Origin: a virus
Lineage: Duplodnaviria > Heunggongvirae > Uroviricota > Caudoviricetes
Direction: 5' to 3' (one strand)
IMG/VR virus record: IMGVR_UViG_2684622541_000015
Length of the DNA: 45,369 nucleotides
The position numbers and the translations under genes are program-made. Positions 26,701 through 36,140 of this stretch are shown here, piece after piece (position 1 is the stretch's first letter; each line of letters begins with the position of its first letter). The notes beneath the pieces are model-generated. The model did no database searches, was not told the DNA's origin, and saw only the letters and a list, made by a program, of their open reading frames with translations.

Positions 26701-29700
26701 TTTGGGGATTGATGCGGCAGAGTTTAAAAATGAAATTCCCCGTATCAAAAACCTTCTGAATGGTGCAGCCAGCGATGCAGAACGGTCTTCTGCCCGTATG
26801 CAGCGTTTTATGGAGCGTCAGACTCAGGCCGCCCGGCAGACAACGCAGGCGGCTTCTTCGGCTGCAACAGCCGCATCCGTCCATGCGCAGACGGTGGAGA
26901 AGAACGCACAGGCTCATGAACGCATGTCCCGCGAGGTGGAGAAAACCCGCCAGCGCATGGAGGCACTGAGCCAGAAAATGCGCGAGGAACAGGCGCAGGC
27001 CATGGCTCTGGCGGAGGCTCAGGATAAAGCGGCTGCTGCGTTTTATCGTCAGATTGACAGTGTGAAACAGGCCAGTGCGGGGCTGCAGGAATTACAGCGT
27101 ATTCAGCAGCAGATCCGACAGGCCAGAAACAGTGGCGGGATTGGTCAGCAGGATTATCTGGCGCTGATTTCTGAGGTTACGGCGAAAACCCGTGTTCTTA
27201 CACAGGCTGAGGAAGAGGCTACCCGACAGAAAGTGGCGTTTATCCGTCAGCTTAAAGAGCAGGCAACCCGCCAGAATCTTTCATCTTCTGAGTTGCTTCG
27301 TGCTAAGGCTGCCCAGCTGGGGGTAAGCAGTGCTGCAGAAGTGTATATCCGCAAAATGGAGCAGGCAGGAAAAGCCACGCATTCGCTGGGTCTGAAAAGT
27401 GCAGCAGCCCGCCAGGAGATAGGCGTTCTGATAGGTGAACTGGCCCGCGGCAATTTAGGGGCGCTGAGGGGGTCCGGAATAACGCTGGCTAACCGTGCCG
27501 GATGGATAGACACACTGATGTCACCGAAAGGCATGATGCTGGGCGGGGTTATTGGCGGTATTGCCGCGGCTGTCTATGGTCTGGGTAAAGCCTGGTATGA
27601 CGGTCAGAAGGAGGGGGAAGAATTTAACCGCCAGTTGTCGCTGACGGGGCATTATGCCGGAGTCACTGCCGGGCAGCTGTGGACGCTCAGTCGTGCTATT
27701 TCCGGGAATGGTATTACGCAACATGCTGCAGCCGGTGCGCTGGCTCAGGTGGTGGGGAGTGGTGCATTTCGTGGAAACGATATCGGTATGGTGGCGAGAG
27801 CTGCCGCACAGATGGAGCGATCGGTTGGCCAGTCGGTCAGCGATACCATAAATCAGTTTAAGCGGCTGAAGGATGATCCTGTAAATGCCGCGAAGGCTCT
27901 GGACAATGAGCTGCATTTTCTTACTGCCACTCAGCTTGAGCAGATACGCGTCCTTGGGGAACAGGGGCGGTCCAGTGATGCGGCACGGATAGCCATGTCT
28001 GCACTGGCAGAGGAAACCGGTCGGCGTACTGCGGATATTGATAATAACCTCAATGCGCTGGGCAGTACGCTGAAGTATCTGTCTGATTTATGGAGTCGTT
28101 TCTGGGATGCGGCCATGAATATTGGTCGTGAAGACTCGCTGGATGAACAGATTTCCGCTTTACAGGAGAAAGTGTCGCGGGCGAAAAGACTCCCCTGGAC
28201 GGCATCATCTTCTCAGGTTGAGTACGATCAGCAGCGTCTTAACGAGCTTCAGGAGAAAAAACGCCAGAAGGATTTGCAGGATGCAAAAGAGCAGGCAGAG
28301 CGGAATTATCAGGAGCAACAGAAACGCCGTAATGCTGAAAATGCTGCACTGAACCGGATGAATGAAACGGAAGCAGCACGACATCAGCGTGAAATTGCGC
28401 GTATTAATTCCATGCAGTACGCCGATCAGGCTGTCAGGGATGCGGCGATACAACGTGAAAATGAACGTTACGAGAAAGCCCTGGCATCCGGTAAGAAAAA
28501 AACACGCGAACCCCGTAATGATGAGGCCACCCGGTTATTGCTGCAGTACAGTCAGCAACAGGCACAGGTGGAAGGACAGATTGCTGCTGCCAGACAGTCA
28601 GCAGGCATTGCCACGGAAAGGATGACAGAAGCGCATAAACAGCTTCTGGCTCTGCAGCAGCGCATCAGCGACCTGGACGGGAAAAAACTGACGGCAGATG
28701 AAAAGAGTGTGCTGGCCCGTAAAGATGAACTGATTCAGGCACTGACGCTGCTGGATGTAAAACAGCAGGAGCTTCAGAAACAGACGGCACTCAACGAGCT
28801 GAAGAAAAAAACAATTCAGCTGACCAGTCAACTGGCTGAAGAAGAGCGCGCTCAGCGTCAGCAACATGACCTGGATATCGCCACGGTGGGTATGGGTGAT
28901 CAGCAGCGGCAGCGATATCAGGTACAACTGAGTCTTCGCCAGAAATACCAGCAACAGCTGGAGCAGTTGAGGCGGGATAGTGAGCAGAAAGGAACATATA
29001 ACACGGATGACTACAGAAAGGCCGAGCAGGCGCTGACGGAGAGCCTGAACCGACAACTGAATGAGAATCGCCGTTACTGGCAACAGCTTGAAGTTGTGCA
29101 GGGTAACTGGAAAAACGGAGTCCTGCGTGCATTTCAGGATTTTACCGTGGATGCAGATAATACGGCAGGAACAGCAGAACAGGTGTTCTCGTCAGCCTTC
29201 AGCAACATGGGAAATGGCCTGGCAACTTTTGTCACTACCGGCAAACTCAATTTCAAATCCTTCACCTCTTCTGTGCTGTCAGATATGGCGAAAATCCTGG
29301 CGCAGGCAACCATGATGAAATCGATAAAAGGGATTGGCAGTGTACTGGGATTTGATCTCAGCAGCCTTTCCCTGAATGCCAATGGGGGGATTTATCAGTC
29401 TGCTGATTTGAGTCGTTACAGTGGCACGGTGGTTAACCGTCCGACGTTTTTTGCTTTTGCAAAAGGCGCGGGTGTGATGGGGGAAGCGGGACCTGAAGCC
29501 ATTCTGCCACTGCGTCGTGGTGCTGACGGTAAGCTGGGGGTTGTGGCGGATATTGGTGGTTCAGGTATGGCGATGTTTGCCCCGCAGTACAACATCGAGA
29601 TCAATAACGATGGCACGAACGGGCAGATAGGTCCGGCTGCCCTGAAGGTGGTTTATGACCTTGGGAAAAAAGCGGCAGCGGACTTTATGCAACAGCAGGC

Positions 29701-29737
29701 CCGTGATGGTGGTCGGTTAAGTGGAGCATATCGGTAA
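26672..29737 (+). CDS. tail tape measure protein (H-like)
   Basis: 1021 aa, coiled-coil-rich, RBS GGAGGTG; position between G/T and M. Confidence 0.85.
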   Translation: MDQIANLVIDLGIDAAEFKNEIPRIKNLLNGAASDAERSSARMQRFMERQTQAARQTTQAASSAATAASVHAQTVEKNAQAHERMSREVEKTRQRMEALSQKMREEQAQAMALAEAQDKAAAAFYRQIDSVKQASAGLQELQRIQQQIRQARNSGGIGQQDYLALISEVTAKTRVLTQAEEEATRQKVAFIRQLKEQATRQNLSSSELLRAKAAQLGVSSAAEVYIRKMEQAGKATHSLGLKSAAARQEIGVLIGELARGNLGALRGSGITLANRAGWIDTLMSPKGMMLGGVIGGIAAAVYGLGKAWYDGQKEGEEFNRQLSLTGHYAGVTAGQLWTLSRAISGNGITQHAAAGALAQVVGSGAFRGNDIGMVARAAAQMERSVGQSVSDTINQFKRLKDDPVNAAKALDNELHFLTATQLEQIRVLGEQGRSSDAARIAMSALAEETGRRTADIDNNLNALGSTLKYLSDLWSRFWDAAMNIGREDSLDEQISALQEKVSRAKRLPWTASSSQVEYDQQRLNELQEKKRQKDLQDAKEQAERNYQEQQKRRNAENAALNRMNETEAARHQREIARINSMQYADQAVRDAAIQRENERYEKALASGKKKTREPRNDEATRLLLQYSQQQAQVEGQIAAARQSAGIATERMTEAHKQLLALQQRISDLDGKKLTADEKSVLARKDELIQALTLLDVKQQELQKQTALNELKKKTIQLTSQLAEEERAQRQQHDLDIATVGMGDQQRQRYQVQLSLRQKYQQQLEQLRRDSEQKGTYNTDDYRKAEQALTESLNRQLNENRRYWQQLEVVQGNWKNGVLRAFQDFTVDADNTAGTAEQVFSSAFSNMGNGLATFVTTGKLNFKSFTSSVLSDMAKILAQATMMKSIKGIGSVLGFDLSSLSLNANGGIYQSADLSRYSGTVVNRPTFFAFAKGAGVMGEAGPEAILPLRRGADGKLGVVADIGGSGMAMFAPQYNIEINNDGTNGQIGPAALKVVYDLGKKAAADFMQQQARDGGRLSGAYR

Positions 29738-30066
29738 TGGAGACGTTTCACTGGAAAGTGCGCCCGGATATGAATGTGGTATCAGAGCCGAAAGTGGTGA
29801 CAGTGAAGCTGGGCGATGGTTATGAACAGCGTCGTGCGGCGGGACTGAATAACCAGTTGTCGACTTACAGCGTGACGATACGTGTTCGTAAATGTGAACA
29901 CCCATCTTTAAAAGCCTTTCTGGAACGGCACGGTGGCGTCCGCGCATTTCAGTGGACGCCACCTTATGACTGGAAGCCGATCAGGGTGGTTTGTCGTAAA
30001 TGGTCGGCAAGCGTGGGGGCGTTGTGGGTAACCATAACGGCAGATTTTGAACAGGTCGTGGCATAG
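29737..30066 (+). CDS. minor tail protein M-like
   Basis: 109 aa; position and size match lambda gpM; ATG overlaps the tape measure stop. Confidence 0.8.
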   Translation: METFHWKVRPDMNVVSEPKVVTVKLGDGYEQRRAAGLNNQLSTYSVTIRVRKCEHPSLKAFLERHGGVRAFQWTPPYDWKPIRVVCRKWSASVGALWVTITADFEQVVA

Positions 30067-30075
30067 GAGTCTCTG

Positions 30076-30774
30076 ATGCAGGATATTCCACAGGAAACAC
30101 ATCATGAGACGACACGCCTCACTCAGTCAGCCCAGGTGGTGCTCTGGGAAATCGATCTGACAGAGGTCGGTGGAGAACGTTATTTTTTCTGTAATGAGCA
30201 GAACGAAAAAGGTGAGCCGGTCACCTGGCAGGGGCGACAGTATCAGGCGTATCCCATTCAGGGGACGGGATTTGAACTGAACGGCAAGGGCAGTGCTGCC
30301 CGTCCGACACTGACGGTTTCTAACCTGCACGGCATGGTCACCGGGATGGCGGAAGATCTGCAGAGTCTGGTCGGCGGAACGGTGGTCCGGCGTAAGGTTT
30401 ACGCCCGTTTTCTGGATGCGGTGAACTTCGTCAACGGAAACAGTGACGCCGATCCGGAGCAGGAGGTGATCAGCCGCTGGCGCATCGAGCAGTGCAGCGA
30501 ACTGAGCGCGGTGAGTGCCTCTTTTGTACTGTCCACGCCGACGGAAACGGACGGTGCCGTTTTTCCGGGACGTATCATGCTGGCCAACACCTGCACCTGG
30601 ACCTATCGCGGCGATGAGTGCGGTTATCACGGTCCGGCGGTCGCGGATGAATATGATCAGCCGACGTCCGATATCACGAAGGATAAATGCAGCAAATGCC
30701 TGAGCGGCTGTAAGTTTCGCAATAACGTCGGCAACTTTGGCGGCTTCCTTTCCATTAACAAACTTTCGCAGTAA
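30076..30774 (+). CDS. minor tail protein L-like
   Basis: 232 aa; Cys cluster near the C-terminus (CTWTYRGDECGY…CSKCLSGC) as in lambda gpL. Confidence 0.8.
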   Translation: MQDIPQETHHETTRLTQSAQVVLWEIDLTEVGGERYFFCNEQNEKGEPVTWQGRQYQAYPIQGTGFELNGKGSAARPTLTVSNLHGMVTGMAEDLQSLVGGTVVRRKVYARFLDAVNFVNGNSDADPEQEVISRWRIEQCSELSAVSASFVLSTPTETDGAVFPGRIMLANTCTWTYRGDECGYHGPAVADEYDQPTSDITKDKCSKCLSGCKFRNNVGNFGGFLSINKLSQ

Positions 30775-30779
30775 ATCCC

Positions 30780-31523
30780 ATGACAGAGACAGAATCAGCG
30801 ATTCTGGCGCACGCCCGGCGATGTGCGCCAGCGGAGTCGTGCGGCTTCGTGGTGAGAACACCGGAGGGGGAAAGATATTTTCCCTGCGTGAATATCTCCG
30901 GTGAGCCGGAGGAGTATTTCCGGATGTCGCCGGAGGACTGGCTGCGGGCAGAGATGCAGGGTGAGATTGTGGCGCTGGTCCACAGCCACCCCGGTGGTCT
31001 GCCCTGGCTGAGTGAGGCCGACCGGCGGCTGCAGGTGCAGAGTGATTTGCCGTGGTGGCTGGTCTGCCGGGGGGCGATTCACAAGTTCCGCTGTGTGCCA
31101 CATCTTACCGGGCGGCGCTTTGAGCACGGGGTGACGGACTGTTACACGCTGTTCCGGGATGCTTACCATCTGGCGGGGATTGAGATGCCGGATTTTCATC
31201 GCGGGGATGACTGGTGGCGTCACGGTCAGAATCTCTATCTGGATAATCTGGAGGCTACAGGGCTGTATCAGGTGCCGTTGTCAGCGGCGCAGCCGGGCGA
31301 TGTGCTGCTGTGCTGTTTTGGTTCATCGGTGCCGAATCATGCCGCCATTTACTGTGGTGACGGCGAGCTGCTGCACCATATTCCTGAACAACTGAGCAAA
31401 CGAGAGAGGTATACCGACAAATGGCAGCGACGCACACACTCCCTCTGGCGTCACCGGGCATGGCACGCATCTGCCTTTACGGGGATTTACAACGATTTGG
31501 CCGCCGCATCGACCTTCGAGTGA
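30780..31523 (+). CDS. tail assembly protein K-like (JAB/MPN + NlpC/P60-like)
   Basis: 247 aa; HSHP motif (ALVHSHPGG) typical of the MPN/JAB domain of lambda gpK. Confidence 0.8.
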   Translation: MTETESAILAHARRCAPAESCGFVVRTPEGERYFPCVNISGEPEEYFRMSPEDWLRAEMQGEIVALVHSHPGGLPWLSEADRRLQVQSDLPWWLVCRGAIHKFRCVPHLTGRRFEHGVTDCYTLFRDAYHLAGIEMPDFHRGDDWWRHGQNLYLDNLEATGLYQVPLSAAQPGDVLLCCFGSSVPNHAAIYCGDGELLHHIPEQLSKRERYTDKWQRRTHSLWRHRAWHASAFTGIYNDLAAASTFE

Positions 31524-32068
31524 AAACGGGGTCCGAAGCCATCCGGGCGCTGGCCATGCAGATCCCGGCGTTTCGTCAGAAACTGAATGAGGGCTGGTAT
31601 CAGGTGCGCATTGCCGGGCGTGATGCAGGCGAAAATGAATTATCTGCCCGTCTTAATGAGCCGCTGGCAAATGGTGCCGTGATCCACATCGTGCCGCGTC
31701 TGGCGGGAGCTAAAAGTGGCGGTGTGTTTCAGGTGGTGCTTGGGGCGGCGCTGATTGCGGTGGCATGGTGGAACCCTGTGGGCTGGCTGGGGGCCGCGGC
31801 TGTATCGGGCATGTATGCGGCAGGGGCCAGTATGATCCTGGGCGGAGTGGCGCAGATGCTGGCACCGAAAGCCAGGACGCCCACGGCAGCCAGTACAGAT
31901 AACGGCAAACAGAACACCTATTTCTCCTCACTGGATAACATGGTTGCCCAGGGCAATGTTCTGCCTGTTCTGTACGGTGAAATGCGCGTGGGGTCACGTG
32001 TGGTTTCTCAGGAGATCAGCACGGCAGACGAAGGGGATGGTGGTCAGGTTGTGGTGATTGGTCGCTGA
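31421..32068 (+). CDS. tail assembly protein I-like
   Basis: ~200 aa with C-terminal hydrophobic segment; overlaps the K 3' end; alternative start ATG 31460. Confidence 0.7.
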   Translation: MAATHTLPLASPGMARICLYGDLQRFGRRIDLRVKTGSEAIRALAMQIPAFRQKLNEGWYQVRIAGRDAGENELSARLNEPLANGAVIHIVPRLAGAKSGGVFQVVLGAALIAVAWWNPVGWLGAAAVSGMYAAGASMILGGVAQMLAPKARTPTAASTDNGKQNTYFSSLDNMVAQGNVLPVLYGEMRVGSRVVSQEISTADEGDGGQVVVIGR

Positions 32069-32128
32069 TGCAAAATGTTTTATGTGAAACCGCCTCCGGG
32101 CGGTTTTGTCGTTTATGGAGCGTGAGGA

Positions 32129-35100
32129 ATGGGTAAAGGCAGCAGTAAGGGGCATACCCCGCGCGAAGCAAAGGACAACCTGAAGTCCACGCAGTTGCTG
32201 AGTGTGATCGATACCATCAGCGAAGGGCCGGTTGAAGGTCCGGTGGATGGATTAAAAAGCGTGCTGCTGAACAGTACACCGGTGCTGGACAGTGAGGGGA
32301 ATACCAACATCTCTGGTGTCACGGTGGTGTTCCGGGCAGGTGAGCAGGAACAGACACCGCCGGAGGGATTTGAATCATCAGGTTCCGAGACGGTACTGGG
32401 TACGGAAGTGAAATACGACACGCCGATCACCCGGACCATCACGTCGGCAAACATTGACCGTCTGCGCTTTACCTTCGGTGTGCAGGCACTGGTGGAAACC
32501 ACCTCAAAGGGGGACAGGAATCCGTCGGAAGTCCGCCTGCTGGTTCAGATACAACGTAATGGTGGCTGGGTGACGGAAAAAGACATCACCATTAAGGGCA
32601 AAACCACCTCGCAGTATCTGGCCTCGGTGGTGGTGGGTAACCTGCCGCCGCGCCCGTTCAATATACGGATGCGCAGGATGACGCCGGACAGCACCACAGA
32701 CCAGCTGCAGAACAAAACGCTCTGGTCGTCATACACCGAAATCATCGATGTGAAACAGTGCTACCCGAACACGGCACTGGTCGGCGTGCAGGTGGATTCG
32801 GAGCAGTTCGGCAGCCAGCAGGTGAGCCGTAATTATCATCTGCGCGGGCGCATTCTGCAGGTGCCGTCGAGCTATAACCCGCAGACGCGGCAATACAGCG
32901 GTATCTGGGACGGAACGTTTAAGCCAGCATACAGCAACAACATGGCCTGGTGTCTGTGGGATATGCTGACCCATCCGCGCTACGGCATGGGGAAACGTCT
33001 TGGTGCGGCGGATGTGGACAAATGGGCGCTGTATGTCATCGGCCAGCATTGCGATCAGTCGGTGCCGGACGGTTTTGGCGGCACGGAGCCGCGCATCACC
33101 TGTAATGCGTACCTGACCACACAGCGCAAGGCGTGGGATGTGCTCAGTGATTTCTGCTCGGCGATGCGCTGTATGCCGGTATGGAACGGGCAGACGCTGA
33201 CGTTCGTGCAGGACCGACCGTCGGATAAGGTGTGGACCTATAACCGCAGTAATGTGGTGATGCCGGATGATGGTGCGCCGTTCCGCTACAGCTTCAGCGC
33301 CCTGAAGGACCGCCATAATGCCGTTGAGGTGAACTGGATTGACCCGAATAACGGCTGGGAGACGGCGACAGAGCTTGTGGAGGACACGCAGGCCATTGCC
33401 CGTTACGGTCGTAACGTCACGAAGATGGATGCTTTTGGCTGTACCAGCCGGGGGCAGGCACACCGCGCCGGGCTGTGGCTGATTAAAACAGAACTGCTGG
33501 AAACGCAGACCGTGGACTTCAGCGTGGGTGCCGAAGGGCTTCGCCATGTACCGGGCGATGTCATTGAAATCTGCGATGATGACTATGCCGGTATCCGCAC
33601 CGGCGGGCGCGTGCTGGCGGTAAACAGCCAGACCCGGACGCTGACGCTCGACCGTGAAATCACGCTGCCATCTTCCGGCACCACGCTGATAAGCCTGGTT
33701 GACGGGCAGGGGAGTCCGGTCAGCGTGGAGGTTCAGTCCGTCACCGACGGCGTGAAGGTGAAAGTGAGCCGTGTTCCTGACGGCGTTGCTGAATACAGCG
33801 TATGGGGGCTGAAGCTGCCGACGCTGCGCCAGCGCCTGTTCCGCTGCGTGAGTATCCGTGAGAACGACGACGGCACGTATGCCATCACTGCCGTGCAGCA
33901 TGTACCGGAAAAAGAGGCCATCGTGGATAACGGGGCGCACTTTGACGGCGACCAGAGCGGCACGGTAAATGGTGTCACGCCGCCAGCGGTGCAGCACCTG
34001 ACCGCAGAAGTCACCGCAGACAGCGGGGAATACCAGGTGCTGGCCCGCTGGGACACGCCGAAGGTGGTGAAGGGCGTGAGCTTCCTGCTTCGCCTGACCG
34101 TGGCAGCGGATGACGGCCGTGAGCGGCTGGTCAGCACGGCCCGGACGACGGAAACCACTTACCGCTTCACACAACTGGCTCTGGGGAACTACAGGCTGAC
34201 AGTCCGGGCAGTAAATGCGTGGGGGCAGCAGGGCGATCCGGCGTCGGTATCGTTCAGGATTGCCGCACCGGTAGCACCGTCGCGGATTGAGCTGACGCCG
34301 GGCTATTTTCAGATAACCGCCACGCCGCATCTTGCGGTTTATGACCCGACGGTACAGTTTGAGTTCTGGTTCTCGGAAAAACGGATTGCGGATATCAGGC
34401 AGGTTGAAACCACAGCCCGCTACCTTGGCACGGGGCTGTACTGGATAGCCGCCAGTATCAATATTAAGCCGGGCCATGATTATTACTTTTATATCCGCAG
34501 TGTGAACACCGTCGGCAAATCAGCATTCGTGGAGGCTGTCGGTCGGGCGAGCGATGATGCGGAAGGTTACCTGGATTTTTTCAAAGGCCAGATAACCGAA
34601 TCCCATCTCGGCCAGGAGCTGCTGGAAAAAGTCGACCTGACGGAGGATAACGCCAGCAGACTGGAGGAGTTTTCGAAAGAGTGGAAGGACGCCAACGATA
34701 AGTGGAATGCCATGTGGGGCGTCAAAATTGAGCAGACCAAAGACGGCAAACATTATGTCGCGGGTATTGGCCTCAGCATGGAGGACACGGAGGAAGGCAA
34801 ACTGAGCCAGTTTCTGGTTGCCGCTAACCGTATCGCGTTTATTGACCCGGCAAACGGGAATGAAACGCCGATGTTTGTGGCGCAGGGCAACCAGATATTC
34901 ATGAATGACGTGTTCCTGAAACGCCTGACGGCTCCCACCATTACCAGCGGTGGAAATCCGCCGGCATTTTCCCTGACACCAGACGGAAAGCTGACCGCTA
35001 AAAATGCGGATATCAGCGGTAATGTGAATGCAAATTCAGGGACGCTCAACAATGTCACGATTAACCAGAACTGTACGATTAAGGGCATGCTGGAGGCGAC

Positions 35101-35392
35101 CCAGGTCAGAGGAGATTTCGTTAAAGCTGTATCAAAAGCCTTCCCGAAAAAAGTCGGTACGTGGGGTAACACGGAAACACCAAACGGTACGGTTACAGTC
35201 ACCATCAGCGATGATCATAACTTTGACCGCCAGATTATTATTCCGCCCATTATTTTTAACGGTATAGCGTATGACGATCCGGGGAGCGGAAATAACCCAG
35301 GAGGCACGCGATACACGGGTTATGGTTTTGAAGTTCGCAAAAACGGCGTATTAATCGCATCCAGAGAAACTAAAGGGGCCATTCCCGGTAGT
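32129..35392 (+). CDS. tail tip / host specificity protein J-like, 3'-truncated by an assembly gap
   Basis: 1088 codons of a lambda J-like central fibre protein running into the N-run at 35393; the C-terminal receptor-binding region is not present in the sequence. Confidence 0.85.
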
Positions 35393-35803
35393 NNNNNNNN
35401 NNNNNNNNNNNNNNNNNNNNNNNNNNNNNNNNNNNNNNNNNNNNNNNNNNNNNNNNNNNNNNNNNNNNNNNNNNNNNNNNNNNNNNNNNNNNNNNNNNNN
35501 NNNNNNNNNNNNNNNNNNNNNNNNNNNNNNNNNNNNNNNNNNNNNNNNNNNNNNNNNNNNNNNNNNNNNNNNNNNNNNNNNNNNNNNNNNNNNNNNNNNN
35601 NNNNNNNNNNNNNNNNNNNNNNNNNNNNNNNNNNNNNNNNNNNNNNNNNNNNNNNNNNNNNNNNNNNNNNNNNNNNNNNNNNNNNNNNNNNNNNNNNNNN
35701 NNNNNNNNNNNNNNNNNNNNNNNNNNNNNNNNNNNNNNNNNNNNNNNNNNNNNNNNNNNNNNNNNNNNNNNNNNNNNNNNNNNNNNNNNNNNNNNNNNNN
35801 NNN
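35393..35803. other. assembly gap (411 N)
   Basis: Run of N; the track ORF spanning it is an artefact. Confidence 0.95.
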
Positions 35804-36076
35804 TGGTTCAGCGCGTATGCGATGGCGGGTGTGGCTTACAGCCGTGTGTCGACTTTCTCCGGGGATTATATCCGCGTAACTGACAATAAGGGGAAAACGC
35901 ACGATGTGCTGACCGGAAGTGATGACGGTCGCCACAGCAACACGTCTCTGGCGTGGGGAGCTGGCGTGCAGTTTAACCCGACCGAATCCGTGGCCATTGA
36001 TATTGCTTATGAAGGCTCCGGCAGTGGCGACTGGCGCACTGACGGTTTCATCGTGGGTGTCGGTTATAAATTCTGA
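35804..36076 (+). CDS. lom: Lom/Ail-family outer membrane protein, C-terminal fragment (5' end in gap)
   Basis: C-terminal beta-barrel strands ending …GFIVGVGYKF, the Ail/Lom/OmpX family ending; position between J and stf as lambda lom. Confidence 0.6.
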   Translation, partial: WFSAYAMAGVAYSRVSTFSGDYIRVTDNKGKTHDVLTGSDDGRHSNTSLAWGAGVQFNPTESVAIDIAYEGSGSGDWRTDGFIVGVGYKF

Positions 36077-36102
36077 TTAGCCAGGTAACACAGTGTTATG
36101 AC

Positions 36103-36129
36103 AGCCCGCCGGTTCAGGCGGGCTTTTTT
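36103..36129 (+). terminator. intrinsic terminator downstream of lom
   Basis: Perfect 8-bp stem AGCCCGCC-GGTTCA-GGCGGGCT followed by T6. Confidence 0.65.
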
Positions 36130-36140
36130 GTGGGGTGAAT

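Noticed and set aside
30127-31101. 324-aa minus-strand ORF across the L and K tail genes
   Set aside because: Antisense to two confidently assigned tail genes; low-complexity Pro/Arg/Ala-rich translation.
32729-34477. 582-aa minus-strand ORF across the J gene
   Set aside because: Lies entirely antisense within the well-supported J coding region; Arg/Pro/Ala-rich low-complexity translation typical of a shadow ORF; no RBS context.
32129-36076. Single 1315-aa ORF in the track fusing J to a downstream protein
   Set aside because: The apparent continuity runs through 411 N (translated as X). The sequence after the gap has a Lom/Ail-type C-terminus, so it is a different gene; the frame match across a gap of unknown true length is not meaningful.
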